A DNA stretch of 60,000 nucleotides from positions 32,490,001 through 32,550,000 of the forward strand of contig OZ076409.1 of assembly GCA_964187785.1 (NCBI GenBank), written 5' to 3'. Below the pieces are notes generated by a model that was given only the letters and a program-made list of their open reading frames with translations, was not told the DNA's origin and did not search any database. This document shows positions 13,303 through 26,690 of this stretch, one piece after another (within the stretch, counting starts at the first letter, position 1; each line of letters opens with the position of its first letter). A program made the position numbers and the translations under genes. This DNA comes from Amphiscolops sp. MND2022. Its lineage: Eukaryota.

Positions 13303-14754
13303 CCAAACGAGTTGGGTTTTTTCAGGTCTTTCCGGTACTGTATTCCGGAAGTACCGGTTGCTCTGTTTCTTCTGATGGTTTTCCTGTGCATTCTTCTCTA
13401 GTGCCTCAACAAATTTTTCCATACAGGATTCTGTTCTCTCTAACAACATAAATATGGGATCAGGTATTCCGTGTTCAATGCCAACAAGACTTGAACCACT
13501 TAGTTGATGGGTTTCCGTGACACTAGTTGATTGATTGGCCAGCAACGTGTTTTATGATTGACGGCATTTTGTAATAGATGACCATTTGCACAAACCAGGT
13601 GGCTGCTCATGTTTTGAATTCGAATTTGTTGTTCTCTGGCCATGGCACTTTGATGATTGATGCCTCATGTTGTAATCAACTATCATGATGTGGTTTAGAG
13701 GCGTTTTTGTTCATGCAGACGTGGAAACAGTTTTTACCTAGGACTCTCTACGTCCATGCTGATGTTCCTTTCACAAAATTTACGAGTCTCAAGAGATCAT
13801 GTATTAGGCCGAGTGATACTCTTGTCCTTTCATCTACCAAGAGAAGATCAACAAGTTTTAGGTTTTCCTTTGTTTCGCAGATTACTCGGACAGGCACTAG
13901 TTGTTTTTCAGTGTATCGAAAAATGTTGAGTTTGCAATCAAGCATTTTTCTAATGTTATTATTTGTCCAAACTGCATTAGCATCTCAGAGTCAGTAACTT
14001 GATGAGCTATTGGTCGCGGCTCTTTTCCAATGGGAATCGACCAGCGACTTATAGTAGATATTGTAAAAGTCCATATATTAGGTGCCATGCAGCTGTGTAA
14101 CAATAGAGGAAACAACTGTGGTCTTGAGGATTTATTGTTTAGTAACAAGCGAGACGCGTCCAATATGGGTGGAATGGGCAGATAAGAAGATCTTCTGATT
14201 GGGTTAATAATTGTCAATTTCACATCGAGCCTCACAATTTTGTTCATAACCCAACCACTCTCCGATATTTATTCACCGATTCACGTGAATAAAGTGTTTG
14301 TCATTTCATCCACTGCATTAAAAAATTCAGCATGTGGTAAGCTAGTACTACACAAAGTATCATTGCTGATCGCATCGTTATTCCGAATGCTTCCTTTTGT
14401 TGGCTTCAAAACTTCTACTTTGAGAACCTTTTGTAGTTTTCGACAAGTTTTGAGAAATTTTTTCGCAAGCAGTTGGTCAATTCGAGGCTTTGTGTCTGTC
14501 ATGAACTGCAGGAAGTCATGCTTATCTGATCCACTAATGTTGAACTCTCTGAGAGCTCTGTCGGATGCTGATGACACAGGTTTGGTTTTTCTCGCTCGGG
14601 ATTTACAGGGTAGTAATCCATGTTTCTCGGTTAAGTGATTGCAGCATTTTCCAGTTACATTGAATCCAAGGCCACAACAGACGCACAACTTTTCGGACTG
14701 GGTTCCTTGTTTCTCTCGGAAGTGATGACCCATCAAAGCACCAGAGAGTTCCAA
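13303..14754 (-). pseudogene. Polinton PolB N-terminal part
   Basis: SGWVMNKIVRLDV, INPIRRSSYLPIP, KLNIFRY...VDLLLV and HQLSG...CMEKFVEALEK match the N-terminal blocks of Polinton PolB. Confidence 0.75.
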
Positions 14755-15117
14755 TTTGTGACACTTATTATACTACATGGGAAAAAGACTGGCAGGAAAT
14801 TTGTGAAACTTTCGTCGCTGTTGACGAAATAAATTTTTGCTTTTGAATTTCCTTTGACACTTGTTGCAGGTTCTCTCGTTGACTAAAAAGATATTTGACT
14901 GAAGCTACTGTATCACAAAATTTTGTTGCCAAAAGAAGTTCTTCAATAAAAAAAGTGAACGTTTTCATAGACTTTTCAGTCCAGTTTACTCTGAAATAAT
15001 GTTTTCAATAAAATTTTTGTGAGCAATTGACCTTCAACAAAACTGAGAGTTTTTAACTTTAGTTTTTAAATTTTTCTGTTGAGTAATCGGTGTTAACTGG
15101 GTTCGCAGACAAACGCA

Positions 15118-15297
15118 AGCTAAAGCACACCACCCAGATAATCGACGGTTAATTTAGTTTGAACCGGCGAGACAAATCCAAGCTGACGCACCTCCCTCAG
15201 ATAATCAGCGGATAATTTAGTTTGAACCGGCAAGACTGATCCAAGCTGACGCACGCCTTCCAGACAACCGGCTGTTAATTTTGTTTGAACGGGCAAG
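15118..15297. repeat. 63-bp minisatellite, ~3 copies
   Basis: CAGA(T/C)AA...TAATTT(A/T)GTTTGAAC(C/G)GGC recurs at 15135, 15198 and 15261. Confidence 0.9.
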
Positions 15298-16099
15298 TAA
15301 TGAACGCGTAACTGTAGAGACACAGTCCTCTAGACACGCTATGCAGTAAAAGGGCCGCTAGCTGGTAGGTCGTTATACGTTTTTTTTCAGTTTTTCTCTT
15401 GTTTTGCTTTTCGTACAACGAACACCTAGCTCTTTTAAAGCTGGTACAGTTTCCTGAGAAGCGCCGAAAAAGAGTGTGAACTAACTCCATGGCCAATCAA
15501 ATCGTGTCTCCGAATGAACGACAAGCTCATCTCAATTTATGGACTTCCACAAAGACAGTCATTCAGTTTCAACGGTATAGTCGAAACAATTGCAATCGTT
15601 AACACTCTTGAACAATTTCTCGGAACCTCATGAAGCTGACAAATCAATGCTTTTCAGATGCCAGCATCCCAACCGCAAGTTCCCAACAAGCCTCAGCGAA
15701 ACGACCTCCTAGTCAGTTTTTCCCCCTTCCACTCAACGATTGAGCCAAATGGGCGGTCTCATACATCAGTCGTAGCTCTAGAGGAAGAGAATGACAACTG
15801 GGAGCCGAAGGACTAGAGAACTACAACTAAAGAACTCACAATACTCAGTTTGATTTTGAATTTGTGTCCTTTCGACCGCAAGTGTGGCTTTGTGGCTGGC
15901 TGTTATTCGATCGCTAGTTTGGTTTTGTGTTTGTCTTTCGACCTATAGGCGTTTCAAACACAGTTAAGTAGTGTGGGTTTTCGTTTTGAACAAAAACCCT
16001 GGAGGAAAAAACTTGAAATAGAAACTGCAGATTTAAATGAACTGCTTCACAAATCGCAGTAGTTCTTGTTCACTAATCAAAGGACTTGGAGGAACATCA

Positions 16100-16378
16100 G
16101 CGCCAAAAACGAAATTGGCTAAACAACTGTAATGACGTCCACAGAAGTTCGAATCAAATATTTGCAGAGGAGCTTGTATGATCTGTGTCACTTCTCAGTC
16201 TGCATTAGATACACGATCACGAACATGAGGATAGTAGTTGAGTGGTAGTCCAAGAGCCACTGTGTTCCCATTTGGGCAGCTTTGTCTGAATTGACAATTA
16301 TGAAGTTTGCTTTCTTGAAATACAAGGGAAAATTTTGTGTGCTTGTTGATTAGAGTGCCCAACTATAATTCGTCAATA
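16100..16378 (-). pseudogene. Polinton adenain-like cysteine (maturation) protease
   Basis: NFIIVNSDKAAQMGTQWLL (GxHW motif with His changed to Gln, ~16257-16269) and PLQIFDSNFCG (Gln...Cys-Gly, SNFCG at ~16138-16152). Confidence 0.7.
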
Positions 16379-16394
16379 ATTTTCTAGTCGAGAG

Positions 16395-17644
16395 CTATAT
16401 AGTAGTTTCTTGAGACTTTCCTACTGCTTGTGATGTTAATTGTTGAAGTGGCTATTTTCAAAAAAAGTACTTCTTTTTTGTGCCAAAGCTGTTTCAAACG
16501 GCAACCAATCTGATTGAGATGGATGACTTTTTAGCTCAGTGTGTACAACTTCGTGTGAAGCCTGCTGCGTACTGGTTAGGTCAAAATGTGAACGAAAATG
16601 ATTTGCTTAATCCTCGAATGAAGCTCCATGACTATGAAACTACAGAGATCCCATTGAATTCAAAAACATCTTTTTAATGGTGTCAGTCTCTAAATGTGTT
16701 CCATCTATTGGATGACCATTACGATAGATAGGTATGGTAAATTGTTGATAGTGGAATGGGTTCGTTGATGATTAGGCGTCCACAAACCAACATTTGTTGA
16801 TGACATGGTATGAATCTTCCAATCGGTTGACCGCCAACCATTTTCTTGCCCCAATTTTACGGGTTTTGCTCGATGAGAAAAATCCTTGGAATCATCTCAG
16901 TGTTCCAAAATCGAGCAGTGTATTTAGCCAAAGTTGTTTCAATTGCTGAATAGGCGTTCTCAGTTAAATTCTTTTTGCGAACAGACAAATTGGCTTGATA
17001 TTTGTAGTCTTGTGCTGAGTTGTCATGAATCCAGAAAAACCCGGGCCTTGTGCGAAAGAAGAAATTTCTCAGCTCAACTCCACTGACATATCCAGAGGCA
17101 ACTCTCCACAGAAAAATTACAGTGGTTGAAGATCTTGATTCAGCTGATCTCTTAGTGAAAGCTGTCACGGTGTGCGTACTAGCATTGTATTCATAGCAGT
17201 AACCCTGACTTTCCAACCAAATGATTTTGCTTCCTTGTTGTTGGAAAACTCAATTTCAATAAATGCCTGCGGGGCATGAAACCTTTTTGCAGACAAGCTT
17301 TGCACTCTTTGGGCAGTTACTGGGCATTCTGAGAAAAATGAATGAAGAGTTTTGTTGACAAATAACGGCTTGTCTTGTTATGTTGCGTCTCCGGTCACAT
17401 GATTCTAATTAGTGTTGTCCGCTTTCACAGTTTTACACTTGACTTCCGAAAAAAATGTTTTGTGAATCAATAAAGTTGGTCCGGGCTCCTCTGACTTCAG
17501 ATTGGGTCAAATCGGAGCAAGCGGCCCAGTCTTTTGCTCAAAAGATCCGCAAAAACGACTAGTAGTTGAGTTTTTTCAAAAACATTGAGCGAAGTGTATG
17601 AAATTTCGTTTGGTAAAGCGTCACTGTTGATCAGCACTTCTCAT
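16395..17644 (-). pseudogene. Polinton major capsid protein (double jelly-roll)
   Basis: N-terminal LPNEISYTSLNVFEKTQLLV, AFIEIEFSNNKEAK..WLESQGYCYE, NLSVRKK.LTENAYSAIETTL and C-terminal NITSSRKVSRN. Frameshifted. Confidence 0.75.
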
Positions 17645-17699
17645 TCCGGAAAAAAATCTGACGAACTTTTTTGTGTTACTTTTCGAAGTGGAATAGATC

Positions 17700-17975
17700 G
17701 TTCGCCCTTCTCATTCTTTTAGATTCATCCAATTATTCCTTCACAGTTTTGCGATCTGCACATCGAACCGTTTGTTTTGATGTCTCTTGTTCAATTGAAC
17801 CGCTTGTTCATTTTTTGCCAATTGATTTGACAGCGGGGAGCAAAAACGTGTTGGCAAATAGTAAAGTTATACTCATCCCATACTAGCTGCTAAAAAGCAG
17901 AAACCACATCCATGTTGTCGTGCCGGTCCTGAGAAACGGGGTAATTGTGCTTGTAGATCGTAGTTTACCATTTTT
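17700..17975 (-). pseudogene. Small conserved Polinton protein (RQxGxG motif)
   Basis: FSGPARQHGCGF at ~17900-17940, between the minor and major capsid genes. Confidence 0.45.
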
Positions 17976-17981
17976 TTGAGA

Positions 17982-18560
17982 TTACCGAAACTTGTGTGTG
18001 AGAGCTACTGGACTGGTACCAACAAAAGGAACTTTTTGTCCCATAATGGACTTCAACTGAGTTTGAAATTTTTCAATTGTACCAGTTAAGAGTTTCTTGA
18101 ACTGTACCTCACTGAAAACTTTATGGGCTGTTGTTGAAGTGTTTGAAACTTTCCAGTCTTGAATTTGTTTTGTGTTTTCGAAAAAATGCAAAAGAAACGA
18201 CTTTAATCCAGCAATATGTTGATCTTCAATGATGTTGGTAATGACAAAAACCATGCTGATTTCCACTGTGAGACCTGGTGGAAAAGTATTTTTGATTGGT
18301 TATTGCATTTTTGCGACTCTTTAGTTCTTTCCGATGTAAAAGCTTCCTCGATTGGTATTCGGTCATCCCTCGATGCCCACAACATCTAAAACGCTCCGAT
18401 CACCGACAATTATTCTATATCCGCTTTCGAAATGAAGTTCAATGCCATCCTCCCCAGAACAATGTGGAGATCATAATGATTTTTTGGTTTCACATGCAAT
18501 GTCTGGCTGCTCCAGAAGGCTGCTAGTTTTCTTAAACGCTCCAGCATCAAACTTAGCACT
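17982..18560 (-). pseudogene. Polinton minor capsid (penton) protein
   Basis: FVITNIIEDQHIAG and VQFKKLLTGTIE...GQKVPFVGTSPVALTHKFR* resemble the Polinton penton C-terminus. Confidence 0.7.
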
Positions 18561-18599
18561 GTGTGACCAAAATTCTCATTTGATAACCACCCCTGCTTC

Positions 18600-19030
18600 G
18601 GGACAGGAGTGTTCCATATGGTGTTTTGGGTGTATAAAAGAAAAAGTCAGTTATAGTTATGTTTTCGATGCTGGTGGGAAAAATGATTATGGCAAGCGCT
18701 TCCCGCCGGTCACCTTGACAAATTTGTTAGACTGCTCTTCAGCTGGAAATTGTGAATGTGGCTCTCGCTTTTTTGTAACTTGGCTTTGACTTTGCTACAC
18801 GATTCACGTGGGAGTTGATTGTGCTGAAAAGTTGACCTTTCTTATGTGATGATATGTCCATTTGTTTTCCATGTGTTTCTACGTGATCCTTGAAAATCCA
18901 TTGAATTCGGTTCCCTTTTGTGACCTTACTCTGTGCTATTGCACTTTCACAATCATCTTTTCAAATAGTTAGCGCAATCAATTTTTCGCACTCCCCCAAG
19001 CAGCAGGTCCTCGCGTGTATGTTTTTCCAA
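18600..19030 (-). pseudogene. Polinton retroviral-type integrase, internally deleted
   Basis: RGPAAWGSAKN (N-terminal), VRSQKGTEFNG (second catalytic Asp region degraded, 18903-18930) and INSHVNRVAK. Confidence 0.7.
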
Positions 19031-19933
19031 CTTTGCCTCTGCAGATGTTGAGAGTTTTCCAACCCTTCAAGCCAGCCACCTTCATGGCCTTCAAGACTTG
19101 GGCCGGGTTGCTAGTCATCTTTCAGGTGAGATTTCTCAGGCAACCTTCCGTTGTTTTTTGTCTTTGGTGTTACAGACTTGATTTTTGGCAACTTTTGGTT
19201 TTACAATCTCTTTGCCCTCTGAGTTCGGCCATTTCTGAAGAAACTTGAATTGTCTCCAAAATTTGGTTGTAAACTGGGTCATAAAACGTTCATGGTCGGT
19301 TGTTGTCACTCTCAATACGATCTTCATCGTTTATCGAAACGTCAAAACGACTTTGCAAACCGTTCAAAAATGTTTTGGAGTTTTCTTTGTGATGAAGCAT
19401 TAGCATCGTGATTGAGCGAAGTACGCTTTACTAGATTTTGTCCTGTGTCTGTGGAGCTTTCACTTCTTGAGTCGTTTTTTTTTCGATCGCGAACGTTTTT
19501 CCGGAATTCGTTGGTTGTTGAATTGTTTGGCTGTAATTGTTGGATCGTTCGAAATTTTAGACGCTTTTAGTGTTTTGTTGATTCAATTTTTTGGGTTTTA
19601 GTAAAAAGGGAGCACGCATTCGTCTACGAAACAGCCAAACACAGGGACGATTGATCAATTTGAACAGTTGTACCTTTTGATTGACGACAAAATTTGTCGC
19701 CGTCGGCGATCCGATGTTTGCAGTTGACATAAAACTTCAATTGTTTGTTCACAATCATTGGTGTGTGTCCGTCGATGATATTCGAGGCGCTCTCTCCGAG
19801 AGAAAAGATTTAGTTTGTTCCTTGTCGCAATCATGTATAACGCGAGAAATGTCTTTCCTCTTTCTGTTTTCCTGCCAGTGCTTCAGTATGAGCAAGTTTG
19901 TCCCTCTCATTTGTCGGAGTAGTTTTTTCCAGT

Positions 19934-20580
19934 TCAGGAAGAATTTTTCAAGGTAGTAGTGTGAGGATCAACAATATTCGAGCTGAAACGTAAAGCGTCT
20001 TTCCGTTTCGGATCAAAATCAATAAGTAAAGGTTCGAATGGGCTCGTGGTCGCCCCCTGATATGCTAATTGAATAAAATCCAATTGTTTTACTTGTCTAC
20101 TGAAAAAATCAATTTGCTGTAAGTCTCGTGGTGATTTGCATAAAACAACATGTGTTGTGTTTATATCAATTGTACGCAACAACTTGCTCTGATGGAAGAA
20201 GTTGTGTTTGACGAAATCACAATAGTTTCTTGTATCTACCGGCAGCTACAAGTTTGACAAAACGCTTGTACTAGGTAAATTTCCTCACAAGAAGTGTCGA
20301 AACTAAACAAACAAACAAACAAACAAACAAACAAACAAAAAATTTTCGATGTTTTTGATCGATTCAAAGTCCAAACATGGAATAAATTCAATTTTTAATC
20401 TTCCAAACTTTTCCTGCAAATGCAATTGATAATCCTGGTAAAAGTGGAAGGGTTTTTCGATGGGTGGATAAAGTATTACTGGCATGGGAGCATCGGAAAA
20501 ATGAGACGAGTTTTACCCGAGCACTCAGGACCAGCCAGAGTCATGAATGAAAGACCGTTGATGAAAATGATATTGTCCAT
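19934..20580 (-). pseudogene. Polinton A32/FtsK-like DNA-packaging ATPase
   Basis: MDNIIFINGLSFMTLAGPECSGKT (Walker A at 20509-20532), a degraded Walker B (FDTSCEEI) and RTIDINTTHVVLCKSPRDLQQI...LLIDFDPK. Confidence 0.85.
20305..20338. repeat. (AAAC)8 microsatellite
   Basis: Seen directly, beside the ATPase Walker B motif. Confidence 0.95.
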
Positions 20581-23500
20581 AGTTTAGATTCAAGTAGAGT
20601 GTAACCAACTGCTCCAAACAACAGCGAAACCACGCTGACATTTCGCCAAACAGCGGTCTTTCCACAAATAGCTCTGAGAGTAAGTTTGAACAAACTGAAA
20701 ACAACTAAAATTAAAATTAGTGTTGCCTGAGCAAAAAAAAACGAAAACCTCTGATCTTATTCAAGTTATCGAATTGCAAAACTTCCACAAGGTCCTTACG
20801 CTGTCTCCTTCGCTTGGTTGCATACTGCCCATATCATCGTCTTCAGCTATAACTAACTCAGTCTTGTTTGAAAACGTTCTTGATTGGGGAAAACAATTTG
20901 ATGAACAACACGAATAACATGGAGCACTATAGAACATCAAAGTGTTAAACTGATCACTAGACATGAGTTTCTTGCAGTACTGGCCATTGACGTTTGTTTG
21001 TGCTGGTGGAAAGTAGACATCGTTGCGTTTCATCTATTCCTCTGGAATTTTTTTCGGTAACTTTGGATCTCCGATGCCGTCAAGTTTGGAAGGAGGAGAA
21101 TACTTTGGTGGTATCTTGAACGGTTAGAACTTTTGGGCCTCCATCAGATCCTGTAACCGTTTGCGTGGCAATGTTTGGTTTAAAAAACTGATGAAGTTGT
21201 CATTGAAATCAAAACATACCTTTAATCGCGATTACTTGGATGCAGTCAACTGTATAACACCCTTCCTCAACAGTATGTGACTGCCAACCTGCGAGGTTGT
21301 TGGTTGTAACCGAAAAGCTCAATTTCGGTTATTAGGTTTGCTGTAGGTTGTTCACTTTGGCTGTTGCATCGATTGCATTCATGATAACATGATAGGATTT
21401 TGTATAGGATAAAACACCAAAAAAAATCTCACTATTCGTATTTTTTTATCGATCCCTAGCGATAACGAAAGCGATTGAATCAAATGTGGACTCACATTCA
21501 CTAATATCATAACTGTAACTATTTATCTCTGGTTTTGAAGCAACTTGATTCCTTTCAACATCAAATAAACGAAAGTGTATCGAAAATTGGTGAAGCAATT
21601 TTGAATAGGAACAATGATGTTGTTTCTCTAGAGTTGCTCGGGCTTAGTTGACAAACATGCAGAAAATTGGAAGCTCGAAACTGTTCTTTAAAATATTCAA
21701 GAACCAGCATACGGACGGAAATTAAAAAATACAGGCTCTCGAAAATGCTCATATTGCAGGCTGGCGGCTGCGACGGCAACATATACTAAGTAACCCCAAG
21801 ATTCAACACCGATTTCACTGTGAATTCAGAAGTCCAACCGTTGTAAAAGTGACCACTGGCCCTACAGACAAAAGGAACAACCATAACTCAAACAACCTTG
21901 ATAACCTAATTAAACTCTGAGGCGACAGCAAGTTATAAATGGCACAAATTGGGGTTTGACCCAAATACAATGACTCTGGGTGACTTCCTTGAGGAGCGAA
22001 AAAAGCTTTTGGTGTACACGCCCAAGCCATGATCGATAAGTTCCTCTAAGCAAAATTACCAACAAAAATGAACGTATGACGAGATTGTCACGCACTTAGA
22101 GCGCGAATTAGAGCAAAAATGCATTGAGATTGTCTTAACAGTCCCGACAATTTCTAACGCCTCGTCTACGTCACGTCTGCGGAATGGTCTTCTCTTCTGT
22201 GGCGTTGACCCTGGCACCACCAGCAACTGATGCAGAAAACCGGGTCAAATAAAAGACGATTGTAGGTAGCCTAAAAAGAAAGAAGAGAACAAGAGCGATG
22301 AAAAGACAGCGGCTTAAAACGAATACCGGAAATGCACTATTTGCGATAGAATGAGCCTTCCGGCCGAACGATGCTGCTGGAAAGGCGCAGTGGCGAACTT
22401 CAAGCCTAAAAATCTGAAATTCCAGAATTGATGATGAGTCCACTAGCCATAGCGAGGCAAATAGCATACAAACTACTTCCACTCTTGAAAAACTCAAAAA
22501 AACTAGGTTTGCCACGACTCCAAATAATTTAAAAACTACGAGTCAGACAGTATGGGATATCTGACATTCAAAATTTGTTTTACACTGAATATTACTCATC
22601 GATTAAAAGAATACCTTCTGCTGACTGGCAGCAGCAGACAGCGACTACTCCTACTAACTTGAACAACTTGGACCATGGGTCCAATAGTCTACTGCACGAC
22701 ACACAACATACTCGACCCCTTTTCCTCATCGACAACTATAACCCTGTTATCTCGACTCAGATTATGGTATTGAACCCCAATGGGACGTTTACCTTTACAA
22801 CGGGCATTATTTGTGTTTTTACCACAAGTTTGACAACCATGACATTGAAATACAGCCTGATTCCCTTGAGATGAAGCGTTAAAAATGTTTTGGCTGAAAT
22901 GCCAGTTTTTCCATGGCCGACTAAAAGTGATCCCATCCACACGCCAGCTCACAAAATTGGACCACAGGTCTCTTTGACTACAGAAGTAGAAGCACGTTTT
23001 GTGAACACTCTAATCACCAGAACAGGGGAACCTGACCTTGTCCCGCTGACAACCAATCTTGGGCTCAAAAACAATCGACGAACGTCTTACTTTCAAATGG
23101 AAATTGAAGTCGGGATCAAATTTTCCATGAAATTTTCGAGGTAATGTAAAAACTTTCAAGTCTGTCAATTGGTCTTTCATTTCTTCAACGGAAAAATTTC
23201 ACCTTGGTCAAGAAACAAGGCGTCGCGAAGTTCCCTTTTTCTCAATGCAACTGAGCAGCGGATCAAAAATGAACGAATTTAATGGAAACTATCTGTACCC
23301 TGGAGAATATGACCATTCCCCCCAATAATAATCAACTGGTATTAATGCATTCGCAAATGTACACTGACAACATTGCCACCAGCATCTTCCAATCGACCAA
23401 TGCACTCACCGAAACCGAAGAAGCGAAATAATTTTCGGTGCTGCTCTATTCAAACTGACAGAAGGTCAGATCAAAATCCATGTTAACACTTCCACAGACC

Positions 23501-26310
23501 ACTTCTACACTTTCAGAAGGAGTTTGCACATCGTCAACGTCTCAGTCCTGGCACCAGAGCAGAACTAATATGGCACCCCTAAGACCTGGTGAACATATGG
23601 CACCTATTGCAACACAATCCTGAAAACGCTCTCTTCTATGCAAGCAGCTTGATAAACCGCAACAAACCTCAGGACTTCAGGAAAAACTACTGGCTCCCAA
23701 AGCCAGAAACCCTGGAGACCCTCAAATCCTGGAGACCGCATGCTAACATTTAGTAGAGCACTAGCTGATTTTTTGAGATTCATGAGCGAATATTGGGAGA
23801 AAGTCATCAACGCCGATCAATGCGCACAATGTTCGTTGATATTGCCATGGTTACCACTGATGCCAAAAAGCTAGTTATAAACACTAGAGCAACGTTTAAA
23901 TGCATCCAGAGGGCAGGCCTGAAACCAACAAGGCCACAGAAACAACGGGTCCAAAGTTTCTTCGAAAAAATAAAATCTCAGAAACCCAGAAAATTTTGCA
24001 GCGTTACCTCGGATTTCTAAATTGCTATCCAAAATAACATCTCCAGGTTTCAGACAAATTAACGTTTTTCAAGTTATTGGAAAATGTCGAAAAAATCCTG
24101 GCAACGCCATACCTATTGCAAACGTTCCTCGAGGTAAACAAGGCTTTTGATCAATATTGCATACTAGCAAACGAGCAGATAGCCCTACTGACCGATCCAA
24201 TCTCCACGGCAGCAGGTTATGCAGTCCTCATCCAAGATGATCTGACTGAGAAGATCACATCAATAAAGAATGCCTTTGCTTCAGTGGCTTGCGGATCCGA
24301 GATCTTTAGTCCAACCCGATTGAAGATGTTGAAAGATGCCGAAGAATTTGTTGCAATTTTCTTTGCATTGAAGGATCTGAACACAGAATCTTGGGGAACA
24401 CCCATGAACCTGTGATTATATTCACAGACAAATCTGTAACACGGTGTTTTCAAACCAAAATTGTTTCGCTGACACTCTGGAATATGTGTCGCTACGTTAT
24501 TCAATTCAATTTCACCATAGCACATATTCCTGACAAAAACAATAACCTCACTGATTATCTATCGCGACTGAAAATCTCTTTGAAAAAGAAGACGACCCAT
24601 CGGTTTTTTCTACACTGAGGATGATGATGAGAACGGAGACCTTATCTGGCAAAGGGAAACAGAAGCTAGGAAGAATCCAACGAATCAAAATCCAGATGTT
24701 TTTTTTCGGAAAATTCAGTTCGCACAATAGCATTTCTCACAAATATTCGACTAGCCACGAAAAAATTGTCAGATACCAATACGGTGGCCATTGAGCTGAA
24801 CAACGATGTCATACTACAACAACTTAGACTCAAAATATTGAAAACGAATATACAAAAACCTTTTTAGTTCAAGACAAAAATTACCGGCAAAACTGTCGTA
24901 AATTTGACCGGCTGTTTCTCAAACACGACGTTTAAACCAGACAGTATTTTGACGAAACGAGAACTGTGAAAGACAACAAAGTACGGCTACTAAACTTTTT
25001 GGGCACTGATTGATTGAATCTTTACATGGCAGAGCCAATAAACACCCGGGAATTGCCAAAGCTTTCAGAAAATCAGTTGCAAATCGTATTTTCCGGAGAT
25101 AGCAGACAAATAAAAAAGTGCGAAATCAGCAAAAAAGACAAAAACTTTTTAACGCGACTATCACGTTTGAATTACCCTTCCTACCAGAATACCTCCTACC
25201 TAATCTGCCACCTAGAGGAAGGTATGAAAATTTGATCACAGATATTGACGTTTGCCAAGATATCTTTCTGCCCACCCGGTAACAGACGCATCGGCAGCAT
25301 TGACGGAATAGCGCAAATATAATTTTCAAACAAAATGTGCGACAACTAAACACCCGCAAACTATCGGCAAGTTAGAACGATCACATGCAAGTCTCAAAAC
25401 AAACCTTGAAAAGTCTCCGGTGAGGAACGGCAACAATTGCTTAAATATCTACCCTTGGCGGTACCCACTCACAATACGACCTACTACACGAATCTAGGTG
25501 GGTACCTTTGAAGACTTTTCATGGACGACTACCATATAACATCTTACTTAGATCATAAATTATAATAGTCTCAATCCTAATCGGAAGATTTTACCAACGA
25601 CGATCTTCGAAGATGAAAAATAAAAGACGGAACAAACCCTTACTTGATGCAACTAAGAAAAACATTACAGCAATCCATTCTGCAAAATAAATAATAATAC
25701 GACCGAAACGCAATAGCAGACCTTTGAATTTTAACGACTATTGTTTCTTATCGCTACTATCATTGATCTAAAATCCGATTTCGAAAATGTAACTGGATTG
25801 GGCTTGCATTTGTTTAAAAACTTTTGTCGAATGAAATTTATTGAATCTAAAAACTCAAATCAAATTTCATGACACTTTTAATTTGAATCCGTTGTCGCAA
25901 GAACGAGCCAAATACCGTTTTTGGGACGATTGATCAGAAAATTTACAGTCTGTTGATGAAATAGTTTTCCTGCTAGATGACTTAAAAGTTATAACTTGGG
26001 AAACAGAATTGGGAGAACTTCCGAAATCTAACCACATTGAGCCGATTACGTCACGTACTGTCAACGCGGACTATATCAAATACACTGCGGATGATGCTGG
26101 ACAACAGGATCAAGATTTAGCCGATATGGACCTACGGTCCACCGGACTAGAGCAAACAGATAATATTGTTTCTAGCGGAAACACAAGCACAGACCACGTG
26201 GATGAACGTCTAGACGATCAAAAACTGTCCGGAGAGACCAATACTATCGTGCCCGTTGCATCAGACAATAAAATTGAGGAATTGACCGTAGACAATGAAA
26301 GTCCCAGAGG

Positions 26311-26690
26311 AATGAATTACAACACGCCCGGTAAGCCCCGGGATATTTTCCTTCCTTTTGGCCTTCACCAACTGAGCCAAAGCTGTTTTGGGAGGGGGAA
26401 GAGGATCTCAAGAATATGATCTAAAATTAAGTGATTTTAGATTTTATTCCCTTTAGATCTTATTCCCGTCCTGAAATTTTAGATCTTTTTCCCTTTAGAT
26501 CTTTTTCCCATTTTTACTTTAGATATTATTCCCTCCTCTCAGTAGGGAGACTGAGTAGGGAGGCTGAGCAGGGAGGCTGAGTAGGGAGGCTGAGTAAGTG
26601 GAGTTAGTATAAGGTGGAATTTGGCAAAATTTGGAAAAAAAACGCAACACAGGTCTTGATTTTCCTCCCCCATTGAAAATTTTTGTCGAA
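26311..26690. mobile_element. Small non-autonomous repeat inserted in the Gypsy pol C-terminus
   Basis: Splits the ESPRG...NLRxNPNPNYS tail, which is contiguous in the related fragment at ~52790. Contains TTTAGATCTT repeats and a 13-bp tandem. Ends are approximate. Confidence 0.55.
26541..26596. repeat. 13-bp tandem repeat AGTAGGGAGGCTG, ~4.3 copies
   Basis: Seen directly. Confidence 0.9.

Larger units (their letters stand above)
8200..21200 (-). mobile_element. Pseudogenised Polinton/Maverick (virus-like DNA transposon)
   Basis: Recognisable remnants of PolB, protease, major capsid, minor capsid, integrase and ATPase, all on the minus strand. Terminal inverted repeats not identified, so boundaries are approximate. 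Confidence 0.88.

Noticed and set aside
15118..15297. CRISPR-like array
   Set aside because: Units are homologous along their full length with no unique spacers, there are no cas genes, and the context is eukaryotic.
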